Assembly: GCA_000004985.1 (NCBI GenBank)
Contig: GG738929.1
Reading direction: 5' to 3' (one strand)
From: Naegleria gruberi
Lineage: Eukaryota
Length of the DNA: 64,000 nt
Shown one piece after another: positions 1 through 12,800 of this stretch (position 1 is the stretch's first letter; each line of letters opens with the position of its first letter). The notes under the pieces were generated by a model that saw only the letters and a list, made by a program, of their open reading frames with translations, ran no database searches and was not told the DNA's origin. A program made the position numbers and the translations under genes.

Positions 1-98
1 AATCAGAGTTCAGTAAATGTTCNCACAATAAATTAAACAAATTTGATTAAAGTGACGTTTGTCTGTATATTAGTGAAAACCAATCTTAATATACGTAA

Positions 99-171
99 TC
101 CCCCTTAGCTCAGTCGGTAGAGCGTCAGACTGTTAATCTGCAGGTCGGTGGTTCGAGCCCACCAGGGGGAG
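99..171 (+). tRNA. tRNA-Asn (anticodon GUU)
   Basis: 73-nt cloverleaf. Acceptor 5' tccccct pairs perfectly with 3' aggggga. D-arm is gctcagtcggtagagc. Anticodon loop is cuGUUaa with GTT at 132-134. T-arm ggtggttcgagcccacc is identical to metazoan tRNA-Asn. No CCA is encoded and a T-run follows, as expected for a eukaryotic Pol III gene. There is one mismatch at the top of the anticodon stem. Confidence 0.8.
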
Positions 172-186
172 TAACTTTTACTTTTA
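172..186 (+). terminator. Pol III T-run terminator downstream of tRNA-Asn
   Basis: ttttacttttat lies immediately 3' of the discriminator base. Confidence 0.4.
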
Positions 187-288
187 TCCAACAGAAGATG
201 AAGATAAAGACATAACTGAATAAGAAATGTCATTCTTATGTGAATTTGACTGAGAGAAATAATTATTTTTTTATCAATGTACTATTAT

Positions 289-819
289 CTAAAGAGAATC
301 AGCAAGCATATCAAAATCGTCAATCTTTCTAATAGATTTGATTGTCTTATTCATCTTCTTCAACATGCTGAATGGCAACTTTAATCCCTCCATTTTGAAA
401 GAGGTTGGATTCTCAAAGATGTGTTTGTTGAGCTTTGTTATTAAATTCCACATATTCTTTCTAAAGGTGCTTCCCATTAATTTGGTATCTCTGATTATCA
501 TATCCTTAACACCTTCCTTGATGAGGGGTGTTACTTGTAAAATGTTCAATTTTCCACCCTTCTTGGCATGTTCCTTGAGGTATGGAACTACATTGTACAA
601 TACTTGCTTCAAATTCTTTGAAATTTCCTTTGTGGAATTACCAGATGATTGGAAGGAGATTAAAGTGATCATCTTGAGAGCTGGTTTCATTTCTTTTCTG
701 AGCTTTTTGTTGAGAACTCTGTGAGATGGTGACCACTTTCTCAATTTTCTTTCCAATGGCTTGGAAATAAACTCACGATCTTGATCCAATTTCTTCTTGA
801 TGGAGACGTCCTTGATCAT
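289..819 (-). CDS. 3' portion of a gene for a lysine/arginine-rich hypothetical protein; its 5' part is lost in the assembly gap
   Basis: The ORF is open from the gap edge at 836 down to a TAG stop at 289-291. The sequence is protein-like and very basic (KKKLDQDREFISKPLERKLRKWSPSHRVLNKKLRK...). I could not assign a family, though a nucleolar or ribosome-biogenesis protein is possible. The 'M' at 819 is only the first internal Met. Confidence 0.5.
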   Translation of the reverse strand: MIKDVSIKKKLDQDREFISKPLERKLRKWSPSHRVLNKKLRKEMKPALKMITLISFQSSGNSTKEISKNLKQVLYNVVPYLKEHAKKGGKLNILQVTPLIKEGVKDMIIRDTKLMGSTFRKNMWNLITKLNKHIFENPTSFKMEGLKLPFSMLKKMNKTIKSIRKIDDFDMLADSL

Positions 820-836
820 CTTGTGAACATCACGCC

Positions 837-3800
837 NNNNNNNNNNNNNNNNNNNNNNNNNNNNNNNNNNNNNNNNNNNNNNNNNNNNNNNNNNNNNNNN
901 NNNNNNNNNNNNNNNNNNNNNNNNNNNNNNNNNNNNNNNNNNNNNNNNNNNNNNNNNNNNNNNNNNNNNNNNNNNNNNNNNNNNNNNNNNNNNNNNNNNN
1001 NNNNNNNNNNNNNNNNNNNNNNNNNNNNNNNNNNNNNNNNNNNNNNNNNNNNNNNNNNNNNNNNNNNNNNNNNNNNNNNNNNNNNNNNNNNNNNNNNNNN
1101 NNNNNNNNNNNNNNNNNNNNNNNNNNNNNNNNNNNNNNNNNNNNNNNNNNNNNNNNNNNNNNNNNNNNNNNNNNNNNNNNNNNNNNNNNNNNNNNNNNNN
1201 NNNNNNNNNNNNNNNNNNNNNNNNNNNNNNNNNNNNNNNNNNNNNNNNNNNNNNNNNNNNNNNNNNNNNNNNNNNNNNNNNNNNNNNNNNNNNNNNNNNN
1301 NNNNNNNNNNNNNNNNNNNNNNNNNNNNNNNNNNNNNNNNNNNNNNNNNNNNNNNNNNNNNNNNNNNNNNNNNNNNNNNNNNNNNNNNNNNNNNNNNNNN
1401 NNNNNNNNNNNNNNNNNNNNNNNNNNNNNNNNNNNNNNNNNNNNNNNNNNNNNNNNNNNNNNNNNNNNNNNNNNNNNNNNNNNNNNNNNNNNNNNNNNNN
1501 NNNNNNNNNNNNNNNNNNNNNNNNNNNNNNNNNNNNNNNNNNNNNNNNNNNNNNNNNNNNNNNNNNNNNNNNNNNNNNNNNNNNNNNNNNNNNNNNNNNN
1601 NNNNNNNNNNNNNNNNNNNNNNNNNNNNNNNNNNNNNNNNNNNNNNNNNNNNNNNNNNNNNNNNNNNNNNNNNNNNNNNNNNNNNNNNNNNNNNNNNNNN
1701 NNNNNNNNNNNNNNNNNNNNNNNNNNNNNNNNNNNNNNNNNNNNNNNNNNNNNNNNNNNNNNNNNNNNNNNNNNNNNNNNNNNNNNNNNNNNNNNNNNNN
1801 NNNNNNNNNNNNNNNNNNNNNNNNNNNNNNNNNNNNNNNNNNNNNNNNNNNNNNNNNNNNNNNNNNNNNNNNNNNNNNNNNNNNNNNNNNNNNNNNNNNN
1901 NNNNNNNNNNNNNNNNNNNNNNNNNNNNNNNNNNNNNNNNNNNNNNNNNNNNNNNNNNNNNNNNNNNNNNNNNNNNNNNNNNNNNNNNNNNNNNNNNNNN
2001 NNNNNNNNNNNNNNNNNNNNNNNNNNNNNNNNNNNNNNNNNNNNNNNNNNNNNNNNNNNNNNNNNNNNNNNNNNNNNNNNNNNNNNNNNNNNNNNNNNNN
2101 NNNNNNNNNNNNNNNNNNNNNNNNNNNNNNNNNNNNNNNNNNNNNNNNNNNNNNNNNNNNNNNNNNNNNNNNNNNNNNNNNNNNNNNNNNNNNNNNNNNN
2201 NNNNNNNNNNNNNNNNNNNNNNNNNNNNNNNNNNNNNNNNNNNNNNNNNNNNNNNNNNNNNNNNNNNNNNNNNNNNNNNNNNNNNNNNNNNNNNNNNNNN
2301 NNNNNNNNNNNNNNNNNNNNNNNNNNNNNNNNNNNNNNNNNNNNNNNNNNNNNNNNNNNNNNNNNNNNNNNNNNNNNNNNNNNNNNNNNNNNNNNNNNNN
2401 NNNNNNNNNNNNNNNNNNNNNNNNNNNNNNNNNNNNNNNNNNNNNNNNNNNNNNNNNNNNNNNNNNNNNNNNNNNNNNNNNNNNNNNNNNNNNNNNNNNN
2501 NNNNNNNNNNNNNNNNNNNNNNNNNNNNNNNNNNNNNNNNNNNNNNNNNNNNNNNNNNNNNNNNNNNNNNNNNNNNNNNNNNNNNNNNNNNNNNNNNNNN
2601 NNNNNNNNNNNNNNNNNNNNNNNNNNNNNNNNNNNNNNNNNNNNNNNNNNNNNNNNNNNNNNNNNNNNNNNNNNNNNNNNNNNNNNNNNNNNNNNNNNNN
2701 NNNNNNNNNNNNNNNNNNNNNNNNNNNNNNNNNNNNNNNNNNNNNNNNNNNNNNNNNNNNNNNNNNNNNNNNNNNNNNNNNNNNNNNNNNNNNNNNNNNN
2801 NNNNNNNNNNNNNNNNNNNNNNNNNNNNNNNNNNNNNNNNNNNNNNNNNNNNNNNNNNNNNNNNNNNNNNNNNNNNNNNNNNNNNNNNNNNNNNNNNNNN
2901 NNNNNNNNNNNNNNNNNNNNNNNNNNNNNNNNNNNNNNNNNNNNNNNNNNNNNNNNNNNNNNNNNNNNNNNNNNNNNNNNNNNNNNNNNNNNNNNNNNNN
3001 NNNNNNNNNNNNNNNNNNNNNNNNNNNNNNNNNNNNNNNNNNNNNNNNNNNNNNNNNNNNNNNNNNNNNNNNNNNNNNNNNNNNNNNNNNNNNNNNNNNN
3101 NNNNNNNNNNNNNNNNNNNNNNNNNNNNNNNNNNNNNNNNNNNNNNNNNNNNNNNNNNNNNNNNNNNNNNNNNNNNNNNNNNNNNNNNNNNNNNNNNNNN
3201 NNNNNNNNNNNNNNNNNNNNNNNNNNNNNNNNNNNNNNNNNNNNNNNNNNNNNNNNNNNNNNNNNNNNNNNNNNNNNNNNNNNNNNNNNNNNNNNNNNNN
3301 NNNNNNNNNNNNNNNNNNNNNNNNNNNNNNNNNNNNNNNNNNNNNNNNNNNNNNNNNNNNNNNNNNNNNNNNNNNNNNNNNNNNNNNNNNNNNNNNNNNN
3401 NNNNNNNNNNNNNNNNNNNNNNNNNNNNNNNNNNNNNNNNNNNNNNNNNNNNNNNNNNNNNNNNNNNNNNNNNNNNNNNNNNNNNNNNNNNNNNNNNNNN
3501 NNNNNNNNNNNNNNNNNNNNNNNNNNNNNNNNNNNNNNNNNNNNNNNNNNNNNNNNNNNNNNNNNNNNNNNNNNNNNNNNNNNNNNNNNNNNNNNNNNNN
3601 NNNNNNNNNNNNNNNNNNNNNNNNNNNNNNNNNNNNNNNNNNNNNNNNNNNNNNNNNNNNNNNNNNNNNNNNNNNNNNNNNNNNNNNNNNNNNNNNNNNN
3701 NNNNNNNNNNNNNNNNNNNNNNNNNNNNNNNNNNNNNNNNNNNNNNNNNNNNNNNNNNNNNNNNNNNNNNNNNNNNNNNNNNNNNNNNNNNNNNNNNNNN

Positions 3801-6800
3801 NNNNNNNNNNNNNNNNNNNNNNNNNNNNNNNNNNNNNNNNNNNNNNNNNNNNNNNNNNNNNNNNNNNNNNNNNNNNNNNNNNNNNNNNNNNNNNNNNNNN
3901 NNNNNNNNNNNNNNNNNNNNNNNNNNNNNNNNNNNNNNNNNNNNNNNNNNNNNNNNNNNNNNNNNNNNNNNNNNNNNNNNNNNNNNNNNNNNNNNNNNNN
4001 NNNNNNNNNNNNNNNNNNNNNNNNNNNNNNNNNNNNNNNNNNNNNNNNNNNNNNNNNNNNNNNNNNNNNNNNNNNNNNNNNNNNNNNNNNNNNNNNNNNN
4101 NNNNNNNNNNNNNNNNNNNNNNNNNNNNNNNNNNNNNNNNNNNNNNNNNNNNNNNNNNNNNNNNNNNNNNNNNNNNNNNNNNNNNNNNNNNNNNNNNNNN
4201 NNNNNNNNNNNNNNNNNNNNNNNNNNNNNNNNNNNNNNNNNNNNNNNNNNNNNNNNNNNNNNNNNNNNNNNNNNNNNNNNNNNNNNNNNNNNNNNNNNNN
4301 NNNNNNNNNNNNNNNNNNNNNNNNNNNNNNNNNNNNNNNNNNNNNNNNNNNNNNNNNNNNNNNNNNNNNNNNNNNNNNNNNNNNNNNNNNNNNNNNNNNN
4401 NNNNNNNNNNNNNNNNNNNNNNNNNNNNNNNNNNNNNNNNNNNNNNNNNNNNNNNNNNNNNNNNNNNNNNNNNNNNNNNNNNNNNNNNNNNNNNNNNNNN
4501 NNNNNNNNNNNNNNNNNNNNNNNNNNNNNNNNNNNNNNNNNNNNNNNNNNNNNNNNNNNNNNNNNNNNNNNNNNNNNNNNNNNNNNNNNNNNNNNNNNNN
4601 NNNNNNNNNNNNNNNNNNNNNNNNNNNNNNNNNNNNNNNNNNNNNNNNNNNNNNNNNNNNNNNNNNNNNNNNNNNNNNNNNNNNNNNNNNNNNNNNNNNN
4701 NNNNNNNNNNNNNNNNNNNNNNNNNNNNNNNNNNNNNNNNNNNNNNNNNNNNNNNNNNNNNNNNNNNNNNNNNNNNNNNNNNNNNNNNNNNNNNNNNNNN
4801 NNNNNNNNNNNNNNNNNNNNNNNNNNNNNNNNNNNNNNNNNNNNNNNNNNNNNNNNNNNNNNNNNNNNNNNNNNNNNNNNNNNNNNNNNNNNNNNNNNNN
4901 NNNNNNNNNNNNNNNNNNNNNNNNNNNNNNNNNNNNNNNNNNNNNNNNNNNNNNNNNNNNNNNNNNNNNNNNNNNNNNNNNNNNNNNNNNNNNNNNNNNN
5001 NNNNNNNNNNNNNNNNNNNNNNNNNNNNNNNNNNNNNNNNNNNNNNNNNNNNNNNNNNNNNNNNNNNNNNNNNNNNNNNNNNNNNNNNNNNNNNNNNNNN
5101 NNNNNNNNNNNNNNNNNNNNNNNNNNNNNNNNNNNNNNNNNNNNNNNNNNNNNNNNNNNNNNNNNNNNNNNNNNNNNNNNNNNNNNNNNNNNNNNNNNNN
5201 NNNNNNNNNNNNNNNNNNNNNNNNNNNNNNNNNNNNNNNNNNNNNNNNNNNNNNNNNNNNNNNNNNNNNNNNNNNNNNNNNNNNNNNNNNNNNNNNNNNN
5301 NNNNNNNNNNNNNNNNNNNNNNNNNNNNNNNNNNNNNNNNNNNNNNNNNNNNNNNNNNNNNNNNNNNNNNNNNNNNNNNNNNNNNNNNNNNNNNNNNNNN
5401 NNNNNNNNNNNNNNNNNNNNNNNNNNNNNNNNNNNNNNNNNNNNNNNNNNNNNNNNNNNNNNNNNNNNNNNNNNNNNNNNNNNNNNNNNNNNNNNNNNNN
5501 NNNNNNNNNNNNNNNNNNNNNNNNNNNNNNNNNNNNNNNNNNNNNNNNNNNNNNNNNNNNNNNNNNNNNNNNNNNNNNNNNNNNNNNNNNNNNNNNNNNN
5601 NNNNNNNNNNNNNNNNNNNNNNNNNNNNNNNNNNNNNNNNNNNNNNNNNNNNNNNNNNNNNNNNNNNNNNNNNNNNNNNNNNNNNNNNNNNNNNNNNNNN
5701 NNNNNNNNNNNNNNNNNNNNNNNNNNNNNNNNNNNNNNNNNNNNNNNNNNNNNNNNNNNNNNNNNNNNNNNNNNNNNNNNNNNNNNNNNNNNNNNNNNNN
5801 NNNNNNNNNNNNNNNNNNNNNNNNNNNNNNNNNNNNNNNNNNNNNNNNNNNNNNNNNNNNNNNNNNNNNNNNNNNNNNNNNNNNNNNNNNNNNNNNNNNN
5901 NNNNNNNNNNNNNNNNNNNNNNNNNNNNNNNNNNNNNNNNNNNNNNNNNNNNNNNNNNNNNNNNNNNNNNNNNNNNNNNNNNNNNNNNNNNNNNNNNNNN
6001 NNNNNNNNNNNNNNNNNNNNNNNNNNNNNNNNNNNNNNNNNNNNNNNNNNNNNNNNNNNNNNNNNNNNNNNNNNNNNNNNNNNNNNNNNNNNNNNNNNNN
6101 NNNNNNNNNNNNNNNNNNNNNNNNNNNNNNNNNNNNNNNNNNNNNNNNNNNNNNNNNNNNNNNNNNNNNNNNNNNNNNNNNNNNNNNNNNNNNNNNNNNN
6201 NNNNNNNNNNNNNNNNNNNNNNNNNNNNNNNNNNNNNNNNNNNNNNNNNNNNNNNNNNNNNNNNNNNNNNNNNNNNNNNNNNNNNNNNNNNNNNNNNNNN
6301 NNNNNNNNNNNNNNNNNNNNNNNNNNNNNNNNNNNNNNNNNNNNNNNNNNNNNNNNNNNNNNNNNNNNNNNNNNNNNNNNNNNNNNNNNNNNNNNNNNNN
6401 NNNNNNNNNNNNNNNNNNNNNNNNNNNNNNNNNNNNNNNNNNNNNNNNNNNNNNNNNNNNNNNNNNNNNNNNNNNNNNNNNNNNNNNNNNNNNNNNNNNN
6501 NNNNNNNNNNNNNNNNNNNNNNNNNNNNNNNNNNNNNNNNNNNNNNNNNNNNNNNNNNNNNNNNNNNNNNNNNNNNNNNNNNNNNNNNNNNNNNNNNNNN
6601 NNNNNNNNNNNNNNNNNNNNNNNNNNNNNNNNNNNNNNNNNNNNNNNNNNNNNNNNNNNNNNNNNNNNNNNNNNNNNNNNNNNNNNNNNNNNNNNNNNNN
6701 NNNNNNNNNNNNNNNNNNNNNNNNNNNNNNNNNNNNNNNNNNNNNNNNNNNNNNNNNNNNNNNNNNNNNNNNNNNNNNNNNNNNNNNNNNNNNNNNNNNN

Positions 6801-9800
6801 NNNNNNNNNNNNNNNNNNNNNNNNNNNNNNNNNNNNNNNNNNNNNNNNNNNNNNNNNNNNNNNNNNNNNNNNNNNNNNNNNNNNNNNNNNNNNNNNNNNN
6901 NNNNNNNNNNNNNNNNNNNNNNNNNNNNNNNNNNNNNNNNNNNNNNNNNNNNNNNNNNNNNNNNNNNNNNNNNNNNNNNNNNNNNNNNNNNNNNNNNNNN
7001 NNNNNNNNNNNNNNNNNNNNNNNNNNNNNNNNNNNNNNNNNNNNNNNNNNNNNNNNNNNNNNNNNNNNNNNNNNNNNNNNNNNNNNNNNNNNNNNNNNNN
7101 NNNNNNNNNNNNNNNNNNNNNNNNNNNNNNNNNNNNNNNNNNNNNNNNNNNNNNNNNNNNNNNNNNNNNNNNNNNNNNNNNNNNNNNNNNNNNNNNNNNN
7201 NNNNNNNNNNNNNNNNNNNNNNNNNNNNNNNNNNNNNNNNNNNNNNNNNNNNNNNNNNNNNNNNNNNNNNNNNNNNNNNNNNNNNNNNNNNNNNNNNNNN
7301 NNNNNNNNNNNNNNNNNNNNNNNNNNNNNNNNNNNNNNNNNNNNNNNNNNNNNNNNNNNNNNNNNNNNNNNNNNNNNNNNNNNNNNNNNNNNNNNNNNNN
7401 NNNNNNNNNNNNNNNNNNNNNNNNNNNNNNNNNNNNNNNNNNNNNNNNNNNNNNNNNNNNNNNNNNNNNNNNNNNNNNNNNNNNNNNNNNNNNNNNNNNN
7501 NNNNNNNNNNNNNNNNNNNNNNNNNNNNNNNNNNNNNNNNNNNNNNNNNNNNNNNNNNNNNNNNNNNNNNNNNNNNNNNNNNNNNNNNNNNNNNNNNNNN
7601 NNNNNNNNNNNNNNNNNNNNNNNNNNNNNNNNNNNNNNNNNNNNNNNNNNNNNNNNNNNNNNNNNNNNNNNNNNNNNNNNNNNNNNNNNNNNNNNNNNNN
7701 NNNNNNNNNNNNNNNNNNNNNNNNNNNNNNNNNNNNNNNNNNNNNNNNNNNNNNNNNNNNNNNNNNNNNNNNNNNNNNNNNNNNNNNNNNNNNNNNNNNN
7801 NNNNNNNNNNNNNNNNNNNNNNNNNNNNNNNNNNNNNNNNNNNNNNNNNNNNNNNNNNNNNNNNNNNNNNNNNNNNNNNNNNNNNNNNNNNNNNNNNNNN
7901 NNNNNNNNNNNNNNNNNNNNNNNNNNNNNNNNNNNNNNNNNNNNNNNNNNNNNNNNNNNNNNNNNNNNNNNNNNNNNNNNNNNNNNNNNNNNNNNNNNNN
8001 NNNNNNNNNNNNNNNNNNNNNNNNNNNNNNNNNNNNNNNNNNNNNNNNNNNNNNNNNNNNNNNNNNNNNNNNNNNNNNNNNNNNNNNNNNNNNNNNNNNN
8101 NNNNNNNNNNNNNNNNNNNNNNNNNNNNNNNNNNNNNNNNNNNNNNNNNNNNNNNNNNNNNNNNNNNNNNNNNNNNNNNNNNNNNNNNNNNNNNNNNNNN
8201 NNNNNNNNNNNNNNNNNNNNNNNNNNNNNNNNNNNNNNNNNNNNNNNNNNNNNNNNNNNNNNNNNNNNNNNNNNNNNNNNNNNNNNNNNNNNNNNNNNNN
8301 NNNNNNNNNNNNNNNNNNNNNNNNNNNNNNNNNNNNNNNNNNNNNNNNNNNNNNNNNNNNNNNNNNNNNNNNNNNNNNNNNNNNNNNNNNNNNNNNNNNN
8401 NNNNNNNNNNNNNNNNNNNNNNNNNNNNNNNNNNNNNNNNNNNNNNNNNNNNNNNNNNNNNNNNNNNNNNNNNNNNNNNNNNNNNNNNNNNNNNNNNNNN
8501 NNNNNNNNNNNNNNNNNNNNNNNNNNNNNNNNNNNNNNNNNNNNNNNNNNNNNNNNNNNNNNNNNNNNNNNNNNNNNNNNNNNNNNNNNNNNNNNNNNNN
8601 NNNNNNNNNNNNNNNNNNNNNNNNNNNNNNNNNNNNNNNNNNNNNNNNNNNNNNNNNNNNNNNNNNNNNNNNNNNNNNNNNNNNNNNNNNNNNNNNNNNN
8701 NNNNNNNNNNNNNNNNNNNNNNNNNNNNNNNNNNNNNNNNNNNNNNNNNNNNNNNNNNNNNNNNNNNNNNNNNNNNNNNNNNNNNNNNNNNNNNNNNNNN
8801 NNNNNNNNNNNNNNNNNNNNNNNNNNNNNNNNNNNNNNNNNNNNNNNNNNNNNNNNNNNNNNNNNNNNNNNNNNNNNNNNNNNNNNNNNNNNNNNNNNNN
8901 NNNNNNNNNNNNNNNNNNNNNNNNNNNNNNNNNNNNNNNNNNNNNNNNNNNNNNNNNNNNNNNNNNNNNNNNNNNNNNNNNNNNNNNNNNNNNNNNNNNN
9001 NNNNNNNNNNNNNNNNNNNNNNNNNNNNNNNNNNNNNNNNNNNNNNNNNNNNNNNNNNNNNNNNNNNNNNNNNNNNNNNNNNNNNNNNNNNNNNNNNNNN
9101 NNNNNNNNNNNNNNNNNNNNNNNNNNNNNNNNNNNNNNNNNNNNNNNNNNNNNNNNNNNNNNNNNNNNNNNNNNNNNNNNNNNNNNNNNNNNNNNNNNNN
9201 NNNNNNNNNNNNNNNNNNNNNNNNNNNNNNNNNNNNNNNNNNNNNNNNNNNNNNNNNNNNNNNNNNNNNNNNNNNNNNNNNNNNNNNNNNNNNNNNNNNN
9301 NNNNNNNNNNNNNNNNNNNNNNNNNNNNNNNNNNNNNNNNNNNNNNNNNNNNNNNNNNNNNNNNNNNNNNNNNNNNNNNNNNNNNNNNNNNNNNNNNNNN
9401 NNNNNNNNNNNNNNNNNNNNNNNNNNNNNNNNNNNNNNNNNNNNNNNNNNNNNNNNNNNNNNNNNNNNNNNNNNNNNNNNNNNNNNNNNNNNNNNNNNNN
9501 NNNNNNNNNNNNNNNNNNNNNNNNNNNNNNNNNNNNNNNNNNNNNNNNNNNNNNNNNNNNNNNNNNNNNNNNNNNNNNNNNNNNNNNNNNNNNNNNNNNN
9601 NNNNNNNNNNNNNNNNNNNNNNNNNNNNNNNNNNNNNNNNNNNNNNNNNNNNNNNNNNNNNNNNNNNNNNNNNNNNNNNNNNNNNNNNNNNNNNNNNNNN
9701 NNNNNNNNNNNNNNNNNNNNNNNNNNNNNNNNNNNNNNNNNNNNNNNNNNNNNNNNNNNNNNNNNNNNNNNNNNNNNNNNNNNNNNNNNNNNNNNNNNNN

Positions 9801-12800
9801 NNNNNNNNNNNNNNNNNNNNNNNNNNNNNNNNNNNNNNNNNNNNNNNNNNNNNNNNNNNNNNNNNNNNNNNNNNNNNNNNNNNNNNNNNNNNNNNNNNNN
9901 NNNNNNNNNNNNNNNNNNNNNNNNNNNNNNNNNNNNNNNNNNNNNNNNNNNNNNNNNNNNNNNNNNNNNNNNNNNNNNNNNNNNNNNNNNNNNNNNNNNN
10001 NNNNNNNNNNNNNNNNNNNNNNNNNNNNNNNNNNNNNNNNNNNNNNNNNNNNNNNNNNNNNNNNNNNNNNNNNNNNNNNNNNNNNNNNNNNNNNNNNNNN
10101 NNNNNNNNNNNNNNNNNNNNNNNNNNNNNNNNNNNNNNNNNNNNNNNNNNNNNNNNNNNNNNNNNNNNNNNNNNNNNNNNNNNNNNNNNNNNNNNNNNNN
10201 NNNNNNNNNNNNNNNNNNNNNNNNNNNNNNNNNNNNNNNNNNNNNNNNNNNNNNNNNNNNNNNNNNNNNNNNNNNNNNNNNNNNNNNNNNNNNNNNNNNN
10301 NNNNNNNNNNNNNNNNNNNNNNNNNNNNNNNNNNNNNNNNNNNNNNNNNNNNNNNNNNNNNNNNNNNNNNNNNNNNNNNNNNNNNNNNNNNNNNNNNNNN
10401 NNNNNNNNNNNNNNNNNNNNNNNNNNNNNNNNNNNNNNNNNNNNNNNNNNNNNNNNNNNNNNNNNNNNNNNNNNNNNNNNNNNNNNNNNNNNNNNNNNNN
10501 NNNNNNNNNNNNNNNNNNNNNNNNNNNNNNNNNNNNNNNNNNNNNNNNNNNNNNNNNNNNNNNNNNNNNNNNNNNNNNNNNNNNNNNNNNNNNNNNNNNN
10601 NNNNNNNNNNNNNNNNNNNNNNNNNNNNNNNNNNNNNNNNNNNNNNNNNNNNNNNNNNNNNNNNNNNNNNNNNNNNNNNNNNNNNNNNNNNNNNNNNNNN
10701 NNNNNNNNNNNNNNNNNNNNNNNNNNNNNNNNNNNNNNNNNNNNNNNNNNNNNNNNNNNNNNNNNNNNNNNNNNNNNNNNNNNNNNNNNNNNNNNNNNNN
10801 NNNNNNNNNNNNNNNNNNNNNNNNNNNNNNNNNNNNNNNNNNNNNNNNNNNNNNNNNNNNNNNNNNNNNNNNNNNNNNNNNNNNNNNNNNNNNNNNNNNN
10901 NNNNNNNNNNNNNNNNNNNNNNNNNNNNNNNNNNNNNNNNNNNNNNNNNNNNNNNNNNNNNNNNNNNNNNNNNNNNNNNNNNNNNNNNNNNNNNNNNNNN
11001 NNNNNNNNNNNNNNNNNNNNNNNNNNNNNNNNNNNNNNNNNNNNNNNNNNNNNNNNNNNNNNNNNNNNNNNNNNNNNNNNNNNNNNNNNNNNNNNNNNNN
11101 NNNNNNNNNNNNNNNNNNNNNNNNNNNNNNNNNNNNNNNNNNNNNNNNNNNNNNNNNNNNNNNNNNNNNNNNNNNNNNNNNNNNNNNNNNNNNNNNNNNN
11201 NNNNNNNNNNNNNNNNNNNNNNNNNNNNNNNNNNNNNNNNNNNNNNNNNNNNNNNNNNNNNNNNNNNNNNNNNNNNNNNNNNNNNNNNNNNNNNNNNNNN
11301 NNNNNNNNNNNNNNNNNNNNNNNNNNNNNNNNNNNNNNNNNNNNNNNNNNNNNNNNNNNNNNNNNNNNNNNNNNNNNNNNNNNNNNNNNNNNNNNNNNNN
11401 NNNNNNNNNNNNNNNNNNNNNNNNNNNNNNNNNNNNNNNNNNNNNNNNNNNNNNNNNNNNNNNNNNNNNNNNNNNNNNNNNNNNNNNNNNNNNNNNNNNN
11501 NNNNNNNNNNNNNNNNNNNNNNNNNNNNNNNNNNNNNNNNNNNNNNNNNNNNNNNNNNNNNNNNNNNNNNNNNNNNNNNNNNNNNNNNNNNNNNNNNNNN
11601 NNNNNNNNNNNNNNNNNNNNNNNNNNNNNNNNNNNNNNNNNNNNNNNNNNNNNNNNNNNNNNNNNNNNNNNNNNNNNNNNNNNNNNNNNNNNNNNNNNNN
11701 NNNNNNNNNNNNNNNNNNNNNNNNNNNNNNNNNNNNNNNNNNNNNNNNNNNNNNNNNNNNNNNNNNNNNNNNNNNNNNNNNNNNNNNNNNNNNNNNNNNN
11801 NNNNNNNNNNNNNNNNNNNNNNNNNNNNNNNNNNNNNNNNNNNNNNNNNNNNNNNNNNNNNNNNNNNNNNNNNNNNNNNNNNNNNNNNNNNNNNNNNNNN
11901 NNNNNNNNNNNNNNNNNNNNNNNNNNNNNNNNNNNNNNNNNNNNNNNNNNNNNNNNNNNNNNNNNNNNNNNNNNNNNNNNNNNNNNNNNNNNNNNNNNNN
12001 NNNNNNNNNNNNNNNNNNNNNNNNNNNNNNNNNNNNNNNNNNNNNNNNNNNNNNNNNNNNNNNNNNNNNNNNNNNNNNNNNNNNNNNNNNNNNNNNNNNN
12101 NNNNNNNNNNNNNNNNNNNNNNNNNNNNNNNNNNNNNNNNNNNNNNNNNNNNNNNNNNNNNNNNNNNNNNNNNNNNNNNNNNNNNNNNNNNNNNNNNNNN
12201 NNNNNNNNNNNNNNNNNNNNNNNNNNNNNNNNNNNNNNNNNNNNNNNNNNNNNNNNNNNNNNNNNNNNNNNNNNNNNNNNNNNNNNNNNNNNNNNNNNNN
12301 NNNNNNNNNNNNNNNNNNNNNNNNNNNNNNNNNNNNNNNNNNNNNNNNNNNNNNNNNNNNNNNNNNNNNNNNNNNNNNNNNNNNNNNNNNNNNNNNNNNN
12401 NNNNNNNNNNNNNNNNNNNNNNNNNNNNNNNNNNNNNNNNNNNNNNNNNNNNNNNNNNNNNNNNNNNNNNNNNNNNNNNNNNNNNNNNNNNNNNNNNNNN
12501 NNNNNNNNNNNNNNNNNNNNNNNNNNNNNNNNNNNNNNNNNNNNNNNNNNNNNNNNNNNNNNNNNNNNNNNNNNNNNNNNNNNNNNNNNNNNNNNNNNNN
12601 NNNNNNNNNNNNNNNNNNNNNNNNNNNNNNNNNNNNNNNNNNNNNNNNNNNNNNNNNNNNNNNNNNNNNNNNNNNNNNNNNNNNNNNNNNNNNNNNNNNN
12701 NNNNNNNNNNNNNNNNNNNNNNNNNNNNNNNNNNNNNNNNNNNNNNNNNNNNNNNNNNNNNNNNNNNNNNNNNNNNNNNNNNNNNNNNNNNNNNNNNNNN

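Noticed and set aside
99-171. Doubt over tRNA-Asn because of a T-C mismatch at the top of the anticodon stem
   Set aside because: The acceptor, D and T arms are perfect, and the anticodon loop cuGUUaa is canonical. One mismatch at position 27:43 is common in genuine tRNAs.
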